From the human T2T-CHM13v2.0 reference genome, Homo sapiens: a stretch of 64,000 nt of DNA. Numbering within the stretch: position 1 is the first letter of the stretch; the number at the start of each line of letters is the position of its first letter. The notes under the pieces were generated by a model. The model saw only the letters and a list, made by a program, of their open reading frames with translations. It had not been told where the DNA came from and did no database searches. Both the position numbers and the translations under genes were made by a program. Where the stretch lies: assembly GCF_009914755.1 (NCBI RefSeq), contig NC_060927.1. One strand, 5' to 3'. Shown here one piece after another: positions 1 to 12,420 of this stretch.

Positions 1-699
1 TTTCTTCCCCAGATTAATAACCCAGCATCCTATGCATGGAGGTGTGGTAATCTTTCTGATTATCTACCAGTGTGAGGGAAAATAATGCAACGAAGATTTC
101 AGGAAATAACCATGTATTCCATCCTGGACAAGAACCATCTGAAAACCTCTGCATTTCAGGTCTTAATTACCCTGTCATTTCAGTTTTATTCTCAGAGCTA
201 ATTCTGAGAAGTGACAGATTTTCTCATATGCTGTGCAATTTAATTACAATTAACTCCTTACAATTTAATTACAGGAAAGTGCTATTTTTTCAGAATCTGA
301 GCAACCAGAAAGTTAGCAGTTTTCCTCTATAGTCTGCTTTTTGAAAGTGAGACAAATAAGAGACTGAATCAGGGAACTCTTCCAAAAACACCTTTCAAGC
401 CTCTGTCATAGGGTCAGTCCAGATGAAGCTTAATTTCTTACACCTTCAGCAATTATAGTACTGTGTGCTGATAACTGATGTTTCTAACAATGGCAGTGAG
501 ATAGCGCATGCGAACTTTGAAATTTCAAAGAAAGATAAAATTGTAGTTGGTGTCTGGTGTTGCTGTCTGTGTTTTTGAAAATTATAATTCATATGCCACG
601 TATTTAGTGTCTCTCAGATACTCAGAAAACTCAGCAATAGCATTTCTGAACCAAGAGATGTAAGAGGCAAGACTTGTGCAGAATGTTTCCAGGTAGCAA

Positions 700-771
700 A
701 CGTGGACAAGCCACATTTTAAGCACTCAGTCGTCACATGTGCCTAGTGGCTACCATACTGGAAAGCACAGT
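700..771. mobile_element. MER3/MER33-like hAT-Charlie MITE end fragment
   Basis: agccacattttaagcactcagtcgtcacatgtgcctagtggctaccatactggaaagcacag resembles the MER3/MER33 terminal motif gctagtggctaccgtattggacagcgcag. Confidence 0.6.
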
Positions 772-1869
772 TCTAAAGCATTCTGACAGGAAGTCTTCTT
801 GACCACTGGGCTATTAGAGATTGCATGGTGCTTCAGGGTCAGAGGAGGGTGTAGCTTGCCCTGCAGCCAGCTATGTCTTTCTCATCCTTCTGTTTGGGCT
901 CCTCTATTTAGTCACCAGCTCCAAGACAGCAGGAAGAGGCAGCATATATCCCCCTGCAGGGCATGTCATGTTCCAGCCATTTCTATTGCTCAGCTCTTGA
1001 CACTACCTTCAGTCTCTGTCAGAGAGGTGGAATCATGCTGGATTCTGCAGGGTTAGCCCTTTCCTCCACCTTCACACCCTCTGTTGAAAGTCTCATACTT
1101 CCCAGAGTCCTAAGTAATTTATACATAGAAAGGGCCGTTTGTTCAAGGGGCTAGCAGTGCTTAGGCCTCCCACCTGGGGGCCTACCTCTCTCAGGCAAAC
1201 TAGTTTCTAAGCACCAACAACAGATTCTCCTTGTTCCTTCAGTCTGTCTTCAAATGGCCACCTTCACTACACAATGGCTGACATTCCTACCTTGTCCTCT
1301 TTGCATAGGATAGGAGCCTGAAAGGTCACAGCCAGCACATCCCTGGAAATGATGAATCCCAGCTCCCATGGCTGCTGTGACTAAGAACTGTTTGGTGATC
1401 AGCCAGCTGTTTTGAGTTTACCTCTTCCAAAAAACGGCTTTCTTCTCTTCTTTGCATATTATTTTTCTGAATTGCTGCCTCTGTTGTTCAAACCATCCCG
1501 GATTAATGACAAAACACTATCTTATTCAAACCAAGAATTATCTACAACCCTCCTTCTCAACTAGTTTTTGCAAGATCATTTCAGTTTTTCTTTTTGTGCT
1601 ACATCCTGGATTAATTCTTCAGTTTTGTCTTCTCTTGAATCACTACCTAAGGCTTATTCCATGTTTCAAGTTTTTTGTTTTTTGTTTTTTTTTACTTTGA
1701 TGAGTATGTTTACCAACGCTTTCTTATTTATTTGTTCTTGCCTCATTTTGGCATTCTTTGTTTTATAATTTCTTTTTTCAAGTGGAAGATATTTCTTCAT
1801 TTATCTTTTGAGCATCATAAATTTGTTTTAAAATCCTTGCTGAATTGTTTTGTAAAATATATTTCATCT

Positions 1870-2013
1870 ACAGTGCTGTGCAATAAAATAAATTATATCT
1901 GCACTGTCCAATATGGTGGCTATTGAGCCCTTGAATTTCATTTGATTTTAATTAATTTTTATTTAAATGTAAATCATCCATAAGGCTAGTGGCTACCATA
2001 TTAAATAACACAG
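1870..2013. mobile_element. MER3-like hAT-Charlie MITE
   Basis: cagtgctgtgcaata...ctgcactgtccaatatggtggc...ggctagtggctaccatattaaataacacag, the MER3 pattern. Confidence 0.65.
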
Positions 2014-3082
2014 ACGCAGAATAAATTTTAAAAGCAATCGCTGATTTTGTTAGTATTAGGTTTCCTCTTGTGTTTTAGAATTTTGATTTTCAAGCTCATT
2101 TTAAGTGGAAGATAATTTATTTTTTCTGTGGCTGGGGGAAGCGGAGTTGGGAAGGAAGTCCACCCTTCCTATTTAGTGGTTTTCAGTATTCTCCACTGGG
2201 ACAGCAGTCTAGAATTATGTCTTTAAATGGTGTTTTGAAGCTCTTGCCTCAGAGAGACGTTGTTAATATTGAAGCACGCACAGGCAGCTTGGTTCAGTTT
2301 CTGATCAGACCGTGTCTTTGTTCTTCTTTTGTAGACCTACCACTTGCTAAAAGCTATAGCCCCTAGCAGTAGCAAGCAATGGCACATTTTTTTACTCTAC
2401 TTTTTCAAGCAAAAGAGCCCTATCTTAGCCCCAAACATGAGGCCATGAGCCTAATCCCGATCCCCTAGTTTTTATGAGTCACTTTAGTCCCTTTTTCCTG
2501 CAAGAGCTAGACCACCATCACTGCCTGCCTGCCTCCAGACTGGGCGCCCAGCTGCTTCAGCCCCCATCACTGCTTTGCCTTTCTGTTCGTTCTGGCCCTT
2601 GGATATGTTTATCTTGTTTTGCAGTCCAGTCATATCTTTTTAGTTTTCTATTTTTGTATTATAACTGGCATTGCTATGTGTTTGAGGTGGAGGGGGCACC
2701 TCATGACATGAACTTACGAAGCTATCTTGACCCAATGGTGTCCCCTCCAATAATATTTCCAGTTATAGCACACACATGAAGACTTTCACAACTACCTCAT
2801 CATTCCCTAAGCATTTGGTCACTTGTGTGACAGAACACAATAGGTTTTCAGTAAATGTGCGTTGAATTAATAAATGAAATATCAAACATCAAGACAAACA
2901 TTACCTCCAGAGTGGAACCCCATAAATTTTCAATAAACTCCTTCTATAGTATCTCAATGGGATGATGGAAAGTGATAAAACTCTCTTCTTCTGAGCCACA
3001 CAAACCTGTAGAAATAGAACAAACACATAATTGGGAGAAGCAGCAAAGAATCTGTGGTCATCTCTAATTTACCACACCCAGC

Positions 3083-3391
3083 TTTTATTTATTTATTTTT
3101 TTTTTAGACACAAGGTCTCACTCTGCTGCTCAGGCTGGTGTAGAGTGGTGTCTTCATAGCTCACTGTAACCTTGAACTCCTGGGCCCAAGGGACCCTCCC
3201 ACCTCAGCCTCCCAAGTAGCCAGGACTACAGGCACATGCCATCACACTCAGCTAATTAAAAATTTTTTTTTGTAGAGATGGGACTCTCACTATGTTGCCT
3301 AGGCAGGCCTCAAACTCCTAGGCTCAAGCAATCTTCCCGCCTTGGCCTCCCAGATTGCTGGTATTACAGCTATGAGCCACTGCACCAGGCC
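3083..3391 (-). mobile_element. AluJ-like SINE
   Basis: Reverse-complement dimeric Alu with J-type features (ctcctgggc.caag in both arms); degenerate TSD ccacacccagctttt (3072) / ccatactcagctttt (3391). Confidence 0.92.
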
Positions 3392-5506
3392 CATACTCAG
3401 CTTTTCAACAATTCTGAAAATTCTCAAATGTGATTTACATGTTCCTACCTCTATGAACCTTGGGCTACATAGTATAATAGCAAGGGGAACAAAACAGTAG
3501 TGAAATATCTGGGCCGTTGGCCATTAAATGGTCCTGAGCACACCTGTATATCCACTGAACACTGACATAGATCCTATCTCTAGATCCCCACTGCCTTAGT
3601 AACTAAAAAAACTTCTCTTATCAGGAAAGCAGAAAACAGACCAATATGAGTTGGATTGGTTTGATTTTTTTAGGTAGTCTCTTTCTGCTATCTGCTTCTC
3701 TAACCCTATTTTCTTAGATTTGCAACTAGTTTATACCCACATTTGAGTATTCTCTATTTTTCCGCTTCCAACAGTTGAATCCCGTGCTCTTCTTTGCTGT
3801 AAAAACAGGCAGGGAGCTTGGACAAGTAGGAGGCTCAGGTCCCTCAAAGACCTGCCTTGGTGCTACTAGAATTGAGGCTGTGGCTGGCTGGCAAGATGGT
3901 TTTTGGTATTCTTAATAACTCACCTGCTCCAGACATTTTTATATAGTGAGGTTTAGGGCTAATGAGCAGATCACTTATAAAGAATATGGATTAAAATTCT
4001 TCCCAAACCTTACTTATAAAACCTTTTAAAAAAAGGATCAAGGTTGAGTATATCTATGGGTATGAGTGACCTCAGTTAATGATTCTATTAACCCAGTAAA
4101 AACTGGGTTTAAACAAAGCACCATGGATTAGTCAAGTATCTAATGCAGTATATCATGCGTATCTACTCCCTGAACAAGCTACTGACAAATGTGATTTTAT
4201 TGAATCCCAACCCTCTCTTCTGTAGGTTGTCCTGGAGGTTAATAGAGTTACTTCTAGCCAGTTCATTCTGTTTGCCAAAAAATGTTTTTGCTTGCTCCTT
4301 TGTATGGGATTGTCAGTTGTCTCTGGGAGGTGCTAGATAGAAATTACAATATAATGATGGTAGATGATAAAATGAACACTGAGAGAAGATATGTTGATAA
4401 GATTTCAAAACATCTTCTAAGATATACTTATCACCTAAAACAAATAGATGTTTGCTATAGATGGTTTAATTTTAAAATTTGCTCTTAAACTAAATAAAAC
4501 CAAAAAAGTTTTTAGTTAGGGCCTCTTTTAGATTGGTTACCAAACACTCTCAAAATAAAAATATATAGATCAATAATTTGTTTAACTTTGTTGAACACAG
4601 ATAATCACTTAGGTTCAAGAGCAAGCAAATTCAGAAGCACTGAATGGAGAATTTTGCTGCTGTAGCATAAAAATCAAAGATATACTTTATGTTCCCAACG
4701 TCATCCCTTGCTCACTGGGAGCCTTAGGCTGGGTTCAGCATGATGGACCTGGAGATCCCAAAAGAGGGACAATTTCAGTTGCATTTTAATCAAGCCCCAG
4801 GATAGAAGGGAGAATTATGTGAAATTGTTAATAAAAAAGAGCATTTGTTTCTTGCCCGCATGGTCATTTATACACCTCATGCCTGAACAACTAGATAAAT
4901 TAGTAGCTCCACCTTCCTCACAATCAAATGTGTATGCAGGACAGTTTCAGGAAAGTTCAACCTCCTGCCCTAAACTGATTTTTCCTAATACTTCTGAATT
5001 TGTGCTATAACAGATAAGCAGCATTCTGATGCAGTTAATTAAGTAAAACCTCACTGCATCCAAAGCAGCAGGAGTTAAGATAGATGGATGTGGCCTTAAG
5101 CTTTCCCTCACCCAAAGAATATTTCTACCCAGAACAAAGAAATCAGACCAAGCTTGATGTGACTTGGTTGTTTATATGTATTCTTTAAATCGGATGCCTT
5201 TAGAACATAATGTGTTCTCCATGGGGGGGTGAATAGAAGTTCCTTGTGGAGAGAATGTTTGCTCAAATACACTAGTGGTACGTGCATTTGCAGCAGTCCT
5301 GTTCCCTGTGATCATGGGTGTACCTTTATGTTGTGGAAAATCACATGAAACACTCCACCTCCTACCTGTCTGATGATGCTTCCCTGCAGAGGAGGCATTG
5401 AGTGTTTATATATAATACCTAACACTTTAGGATGCTCAGCACTGTGCTTAATGCTTTATGTATATTAATTCATTAAGAGGTATTTTTACATATAATAATT
5501 TGGGGG

Positions 5507-5790
5507 TTTTTTGAGATGGAATCTTGCTCTGTCATCCAGGCTGGAGTGCAGTGGTGCAATCTCAGCTCTCTGTCCTCCATCTCCTGTTTAAGCAATTTTC
5601 CTGTCTCAGCCTCCCAACTAGCTGGGACTACGGGTGTGTGCCACCACACCTGGCTAATTTTTGTGTTTTTAGTAGAGATGGGGTTTCACCATGTTGGCCA
5701 GGCTGGTCTCAAACTCCTGACCTCAAGTGATCTGCTTGCCTCGGCCTCCCAAAGTGCTGGGATTACAGCCATGAGGCACCATGTGAGTCC
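5507..5790 (-). mobile_element. AluS (Sx/Sz-like) SINE
   Basis: Reverse-complement Alu: gagatggaatcttgctctgtc...ctcctgacctcaagtgatctgc...gggattacag. Confidence 0.93.
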
Positions 5791-5804
5791 CCATATAGTA
5801 ATAG

Positions 5805-6010
5805 TAATTTTTACATATTTTAAATATAGAAATATTTCCAGATGAGATCTGGAATTTATGTCCTAACTATGGGGAGTGGAGCATAGAAGTATGTTTGGAA
5901 CAGGGTTGGCCATGATTTAATGGTTCTTGGGGCTTGGGGATGGGATTTGGGGGTCCATCATTTTATCCTGCACACTTTTATGTACGTTTGAAATTTCTCC
6001 ATAATAAAAA
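5805..6010 (+). mobile_element. L1ME-type 3' end fragment
   Basis: ttttatgtacgtttgaaatttctccataataaaaa is the typical old L1ME terminus. Confidence 0.55.
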
Positions 6011-6118
6011 GAATAACCAAAACTTTGAGGTAGATATTATTCTTGTCACTTTCTTATAGATGGGAAAATTTGCCCAAGTTCACACAATTTCAGAGAATCT
6101 GCATTCAGCCACTGTACT

Positions 6119-6588
6119 CAAGGTTATGAAACAGCACCAAAGTGCCCTAGGGTACTACAGTGAACTGACTGTGGATGGAAGCACAGCAGTACTCGACATC
6201 AGTCAGACACCACGTGAACTACCATACTAGCTCAAATTCACAGTTTCCACATTAGATCTCACTACCTTCCTTTTGATGATGTCATTTCTTTGGCAAGCTG
6301 GGTTTTCAGCACTTGTCATTGAGGGCAAGCACCATGTGAAAATCAATGTGGAACAGGAACTGTGGGTAATGGTGTGCAATCCGACTGTGAGGTTTGAAAA
6401 GTCGTGTAGTGCCCTTTAGGTATACATATCCCATTAGGAAGTAAGGGCAGATTTAAGAATGAAATCATTTTTCTCTCACTTTATATGTAATTTTTTTCAA
6501 ACGGCTACTAAGTTGTTAGGCTATAAATTTTTAAGTTTTTTGGACCTAACCAAGGGCCACTCGAATCAAAAACATTTGGGAATCCCTG
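6119..6588 (+). mobile_element. Charlie4a-like hAT DNA transposon relic
   Basis: aaaatcaatgtggaacaggaa, gaggtttgaaaag, ttttttcaaacggctactaagttgttagg and terminal tttgggaatccctg match the recalled Charlie4a consensus. Confidence 0.7.
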
Positions 6589-6687
6589 CATTACGTTATG
6601 CCACCTAAGATGTGGAAGCTAAAACATGGACCATCCAAGTATTTGTTCCCTAAGCTGGCTCACCCCCCTCATTAGAAGCAATGTGTG

Positions 6688-7015
6688 TTTATTCACATAT
6701 CCATTCAACCAATACATGTTGAACACTTACTATGTTCCAAGCACTGTGCAGATGGGGGCATATAGCAGTGAACAAGACAGCAGAGTCCCTGCCCCGATGA
6801 GTCTGCTGGGAGGAAAGACAGACAATAAACAGGATTAACAGTAAGCATGCATCCTATTAGATTGTGGTAAGTGCTAAGAAGAGGGGGACAGAGCAGGCTA
6901 GGGGATAGGAAATGTGGAGGGCAGGGAGGAGGTGAAATTCTAGACAAGGTGACCAGGGAAGGCGTCCCTAAGCTGACAATTTGGTAAAGACCTGAAAGAG
7001 GTGAGAGAACTATCA
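6688..7015 (-). mobile_element. L2 (L2a-like) 3' fragment
   Basis: cattcaaccaatacatgttgaacacttactatgttccaagcactgtg...gcagtgaacaagacag...gacagacaataaaca, reverse complement of the L2 3' end. Confidence 0.8.
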
Positions 7016-7094
7016 ACCACTTAGCTATCTCTCTCTTTTTTGTTTTCTAACCCTTTTCTATGAGACTTAGTTCTTCTCTTCATAAGCTGATTCA

Positions 7095-7440
<346 letters not shown>

Positions 7441-8013
7441 TTATACAACAAATAGGAAACTGACAGGAACTAGCCTGCATCAGATAGAGTGATTAATGAA
7501 AAAGCAAAAGAAAATGGCGTGTAACTTTTTTTCTTCTCTGTGGATTACCTTCACTTTTTCCAGTGGAACCTGAACTTTGGAGCATGAGGGAACAAAGGTA
7601 ATAAAAATCACACCAGCTCAGCCCTATACCTCATTTGCAATGAGAAATGAAGAAGGGCCCAGAGATTTTATGCAAATAAGTCATGTTATGATTTCAGATG
7701 GTAAATGACACTAACTAAAATGGTGAGATGTTTTAAATGGGATCAACACTGTGTTAACACCAGCTGCTCATATAATAATATTTTGCTTTTGTATGGAGAT
7801 ATTTTGTGAAGATGGGAGCAAAGGGCCATAAGGAGAATTTTTTAATCAAGCCATGTATAACATACAGAGGTCAATCCCAGAAATGTTGTTCTAATAGCAA
7901 TTTAGAACCATCAATCAAAACAAGCAGTGGGTTGTTTTCTTTCTGTCACCCTATAAAGCCCATATAAATGGAAATACCAGAAGAAAAAACAAGTTTAAAT
8001 TACCACCGTGGAG

Positions 8014-8332
<319 letters not shown>

Positions 8333-8713
8333 TACCAGTGAGTTTTTTTTAATGGGACAGCAGCAACCTTCATGGAGCTATGGAATTTCTCTGAGCCTCA
8401 TCCAAGAGAGAGGTGGAATTTTTATTATTATTATTATAAGCCCCTTAGATGTCCTATGTCCCTGAACTTGTCCTTAATGAAGCCATCAAACTCATTATAT
8501 TACGCTGCCTAAGATGCAGAAGGCAGGGTTCCTCAAGGTACCTGGAGCCGTTTCAACTCCTTTCCCATCTATCTCGGCCTTTCTCAGCTCCAGACTCTTG
8601 ACAAAGTACAGACATACACGATCTCTCTACTGCCTTCCTCCCTTCCCAAAACATTCAGTTAATCCCACTGTAAGTCATGTCTTGTTGAAAATCATTTGGC
8701 TGAGCAGGATCTG

Positions 8714-8858
8714 CAGTGGTTCCCAACCCTGACTGCACATCTGAATACATCCCCTCAGGAGCTTGATAACAAGAGAAATCTAGATTTAGTACATTTGGGA
8801 TGAGGCCCATGAATTTGTATTCTTAAGAAGTGCCTCAGATGATTCTGTTAGAAAACAC
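8714..8858. mobile_element. MER5-like hAT-Charlie MITE
   Basis: cagtggttcccaaccctgactgcacat...gggatgaggcccatgaatttgtattcttaagaagtgcctcagatgattctg...agaaaacact. Confidence 0.65.
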
Positions 8859-9554
8859 TTTGTGGGAACCTTGATGGTTGCGTAGAAGTTTACCAGATTG
8901 GTAAAGGGAAGAAGAGAATGTTTTTTTTATACATGGGATATAAAATGCCATGTGTGCAAGTATGGATAAGGAAATATGTGTGGCAAGTTCAAGGTTTTCA
9001 AACTGTGCTCCAAAAAACTGCTCAGGTAGGACAGAAGTTGTTTTATAAATATCAAGGTTCTTCATAAGATTTCTTCAAATAAAGGTTTCACTGCTAAGCT
9101 CCCCTCCAGTTCCATTGTTTTTACCTCACAAAGTGATGGTTTCCTTGCCCAGTCCTCATTAGGCCCATTGCCAGGGTTTCGGTTGATCTCAGGCTCTCCT
9201 TTGATCCTACCATTGTCTGCCTCTTGCTTGCTGTTAGCTTTGGCACTGATTGTCATCATAAGAGAAATAAACAACATGCGTGGAACTTGGAATTCTGCTG
9301 CTTATAAAATGTGTCAGGCATGAACAGCCCACCCAAGTGTTCTGCAATTAGGTGGTAGGCACGTGTGGTTTTGTTTCAGAGCCTGCCTGCTATGGGGACC
9401 CTGGAGACAGTTTTTATAAAGTTTTTTTTAAAGCATCTGTTTCAAACTCTAAAGCACCAAAGCCCTCTCCTTTTCTCAGAGACACAGATGCCTTAGCCAC
9501 AACTCCCCTGCTGTAAAATTCTGAACTTAGCAGTTTGATCAAGCAAAGCTTTGT

Positions 9555-9690
9555 AGAGAGCTCTGGGCTTGAGATAGAGGATGCTTGGCTTCCAGTTCTA
9601 TTTCATATGCCACTTGCTTACACCAACTTAAGCCAAATAACTGGCCAAATGAGACATTCTCTAGGTCATAGTTTCCCTATCTATAAAGTT
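9555..9690 (+). mobile_element. MIR fragment
   Basis: gccacttgct...tctctaggtcatagtttccctatctataaa, degenerate MIR core. Confidence 0.45.
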
Positions 9691-9999
9691 GGTATACTAG
9701 CATGCTTTTATTTCTGAGACCAGGAATAACAAGTGATGTCTTAGGTGAATGGAGCTTTGAGAGAAAAGAGTAACATTCTATAAACATAATATTCTTAAGA
9801 ACAATAGGGAACAGAATTGTGCATAATTTAACCTTGTAAGACAAGTTGCTTTTTCTGAGACACAAAGAGGAATTAGTTTACCAGTAAATACCTTTTAGGA
9901 AATGTTAATTCTCATTGATAGAGTATTCATTTAAACCATCTGCCATTCATCAAAGGATCCAGCCTCCAACTTTCTTCAACACTGAGTCCACAGATGAAT

Positions 10000-10216
10000 C
10001 AATCATGCCTACCTTTGAATTCTCATCAAATTTAGCACTTCTCTCCATGAAAGCCTTTATCACACTCCTCAAGGGTAGAAACCTTCTTCTTTGTATCTGT
10101 TCCCAAGCCTAACACAGAGCCTGGCACATAGTAAGCCCTTGACAAGTGTTGGCTTACTATGTGCCAGGTTCTATGTTAGGCTTGGGAATTAAATTGTTGG
10201 CTATTAAATGAATGAG
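10000..10216 (+). mobile_element. L2 3' end containing an inverted duplication
   Basis: ctcctcaagggtagaaacc...tttgtatct...cctaacacagagcctggcacatagtaag...aatgaatga, L2 3' terminus. Confidence 0.75.
10100..10188. repeat. Inverted repeat / hairpin, 38-bp arms (36/38 identical), 13-nt loop
   Basis: 10100-10137 ttcccaagcctaacacagagcctggcacatagtaagcc versus reverse complement of 10151-10188 ttcccaagcctaacatagaacctggcacatagtaagcc. Confidence 0.95.
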
Positions 10217-12069
10217 GTTTGGACACTGTCCAGTATTGAATTAGATGCACTCAAGACCAAAGATTAATAATAAAATACACATTCCTGGATTCGAGTGGAT
10301 CTTAAGGATTCATCTCACCAACTTCCTGCCTTATGCCAGTGCCAACTTTCAAGCATAACTAGGACCCTTTATTTTTAGTTCCTTCCTAAGACGGATGTTG
10401 AGTGGTTTTGCTGGCTAACTCGTCAAGCATGAGCATTCTTTGTGCAGCTTAAGTCCATTTTCTTTTTCTCCACTTACATGAAATTGAAGTAGAACATGCC
10501 TACATCTTGTGTGTGAGGGTTTTTTTTTAACATATTGAAGATTCCTCTTATCTCACAGTGTCTTGTCTAGTTCAGATTGGAAGCAGAGACCATCACCTCA
10601 ATTAGAGTATAACAGAAGAGTTAAGAGGTTGTCAACTTGAATTTTAAAATTGCATCCAGTGGCAGCTGGCAACATAGAAATCAGCTTCCGTACACCAAGG
10701 GGAGATGTTGCAAACTGGAACACTGCCATCCTTTGCCAAAGATAGACCAGGCTACTGTGCAGAAAGTCTCAGATTTGTTATGACTGAATATTAATGTACC
10801 ACTCTCTGTAAGTGTTTGGTCCTCTTTGCCTTATTTGATGTGATTTGAATGAATTTAATTTACTAGAAGTGCTTTTCTGGGTAATAAGCATTTATATTTT
10901 TCATCCTTATAAAAAATGCACGGCATCTTCAGGCAGAAAATAAGTGATAGTGTTAAATATAAGGAAGAAAGCTTTATTGTACAGTAGAAATCTTCCAACC
11001 TTAGGGTTATTTTGAGCTGATAGCAACATGGCACTAAAATTCTCAGAACTTCTCAGAAGAATTAGGTAATAAAAAGTGAAGCCACCATTTTTGTGTTATT
11101 TACTTTTTAAAAAATGCAATTTAGGGTTGAGAAGCTAAAGAAAACTATGAGAATACAAAAACACACAGCCTTATGTCCCAGAGCCATCACCTCATGATGA
11201 CTCATCTCAGGATGTTTTCTCTACTTCCTTCAAATATGATTCTTTCCGGATAATTTAATTTAAATACCAATATAATGATTATTTCTGGAGATGGGGGATT
11301 TGCCTCCTATGATAATTCTCTTATCTGCAGAAGGATAGAATCAATTTAATTCCCAAGTAGCAATATTGAGATGTATTTTTATTGGTTTGCTTAATTATTT
11401 TTTAAACTTCTGTAACTACTGATGGAAACTAATTAAAACTAAATGCACATTAGCTTTTATTAAATGGCTGCTACTGAGATGGTGAAGTTCAGGAAATTGT
11501 AGGCCAGCACATTCCCTTTAATAATGTTGGCTGATTCACAATTGGGGTAATTTCAGATTTATGAGATTTAAAGCATCCATATGTCCTATTTCCTGAAGAA
11601 TTTTTAATAAAGAAATTAATGTATGTGCCATTTCAATCTAATGAGAACAGAACCACTAACTGAATAATGTACATTCTTTGCCTGAAATCAAATTTCACCA
11701 ACCTGGGAGTGTTACAGTGGAGAAAAGTACTTGGGGTTTATCTATCAAGTAAACGGAAGTCTTTCACCACTGATTTATGAAGTATCCCCTCCCCACTAGG
11801 TACTTTTGTAACAACAAATTATGGTAAAATGATGAATTTAAATAAAATTTGAGATGCTGCAGTCACATATTATTAACATTTAGATCATAAGCACTTTTTT
11901 AAATGTTTATTTCATTAAAAGGGCAAGTTTGGAGATTGACATCAGTTATCCAAATTTTTTTATGCAGAAACTAGAAAAAGTTTGCCCGGAACCCTGAGAA
12001 CCATAGCATTTGAGATCTGGAAGGAGGCTTTGAGCAAAGCTTTTCTGGAGGGAGGGATGGAGAAGTAAG

Positions 12070-12420
12070 GAGAGCAAGGAGCTGAGAACCTAGAGCTTTA
12101 GCTTCCCTGCTCACCATCGTCTAGCATGTGGTGGTAGGCCCATTAGGGAACTCCTGGGCCCACTGTTTCATTCTCTGTAATTGGAGAGGCTGATGACTCA
12201 TATGCCTACCTGGCAAGTAGTCAGCATGAAATGAAACATCCTGAGAGCATTTTGTGAACTATAAAGCCCCTTGTCAGGTTGAGTTGTTATTATTGTTATC
12301 TAGAAAGGCCCTCCTTACTTTTCAGAAGAGCAGAAGTGTGCAGTGACTTGCCCAAAAGCATTATTTGGTAAAACCAGGCTTGGAATCAAAGATGTTCCAA
12401 CCTCCAGTCCAGATTCTTCC
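12070..12420. mobile_element. Two MIR fragments (plus about 12070-12295; minus about 12310-12420)
   Basis: ctgtttcattctctgtaattggag...gcattttgtgaactataaag; cagtgacttgcccaa...accaggcttggaatc. Confidence 0.45.

Larger units (their letters stand above)
5415..6090 (-). mobile_element. MIR split in two (about 5415-5475 and 6020-6090) by an L1ME 3' fragment that itself carries an Alu
   Basis: gcactgtgcttaatgctttatgtatattaattcatt ... gaggtagatattatt...atagatgggaaaatttgcccaagttcacaca are consecutive MIR pieces. Confidence 0.5.
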
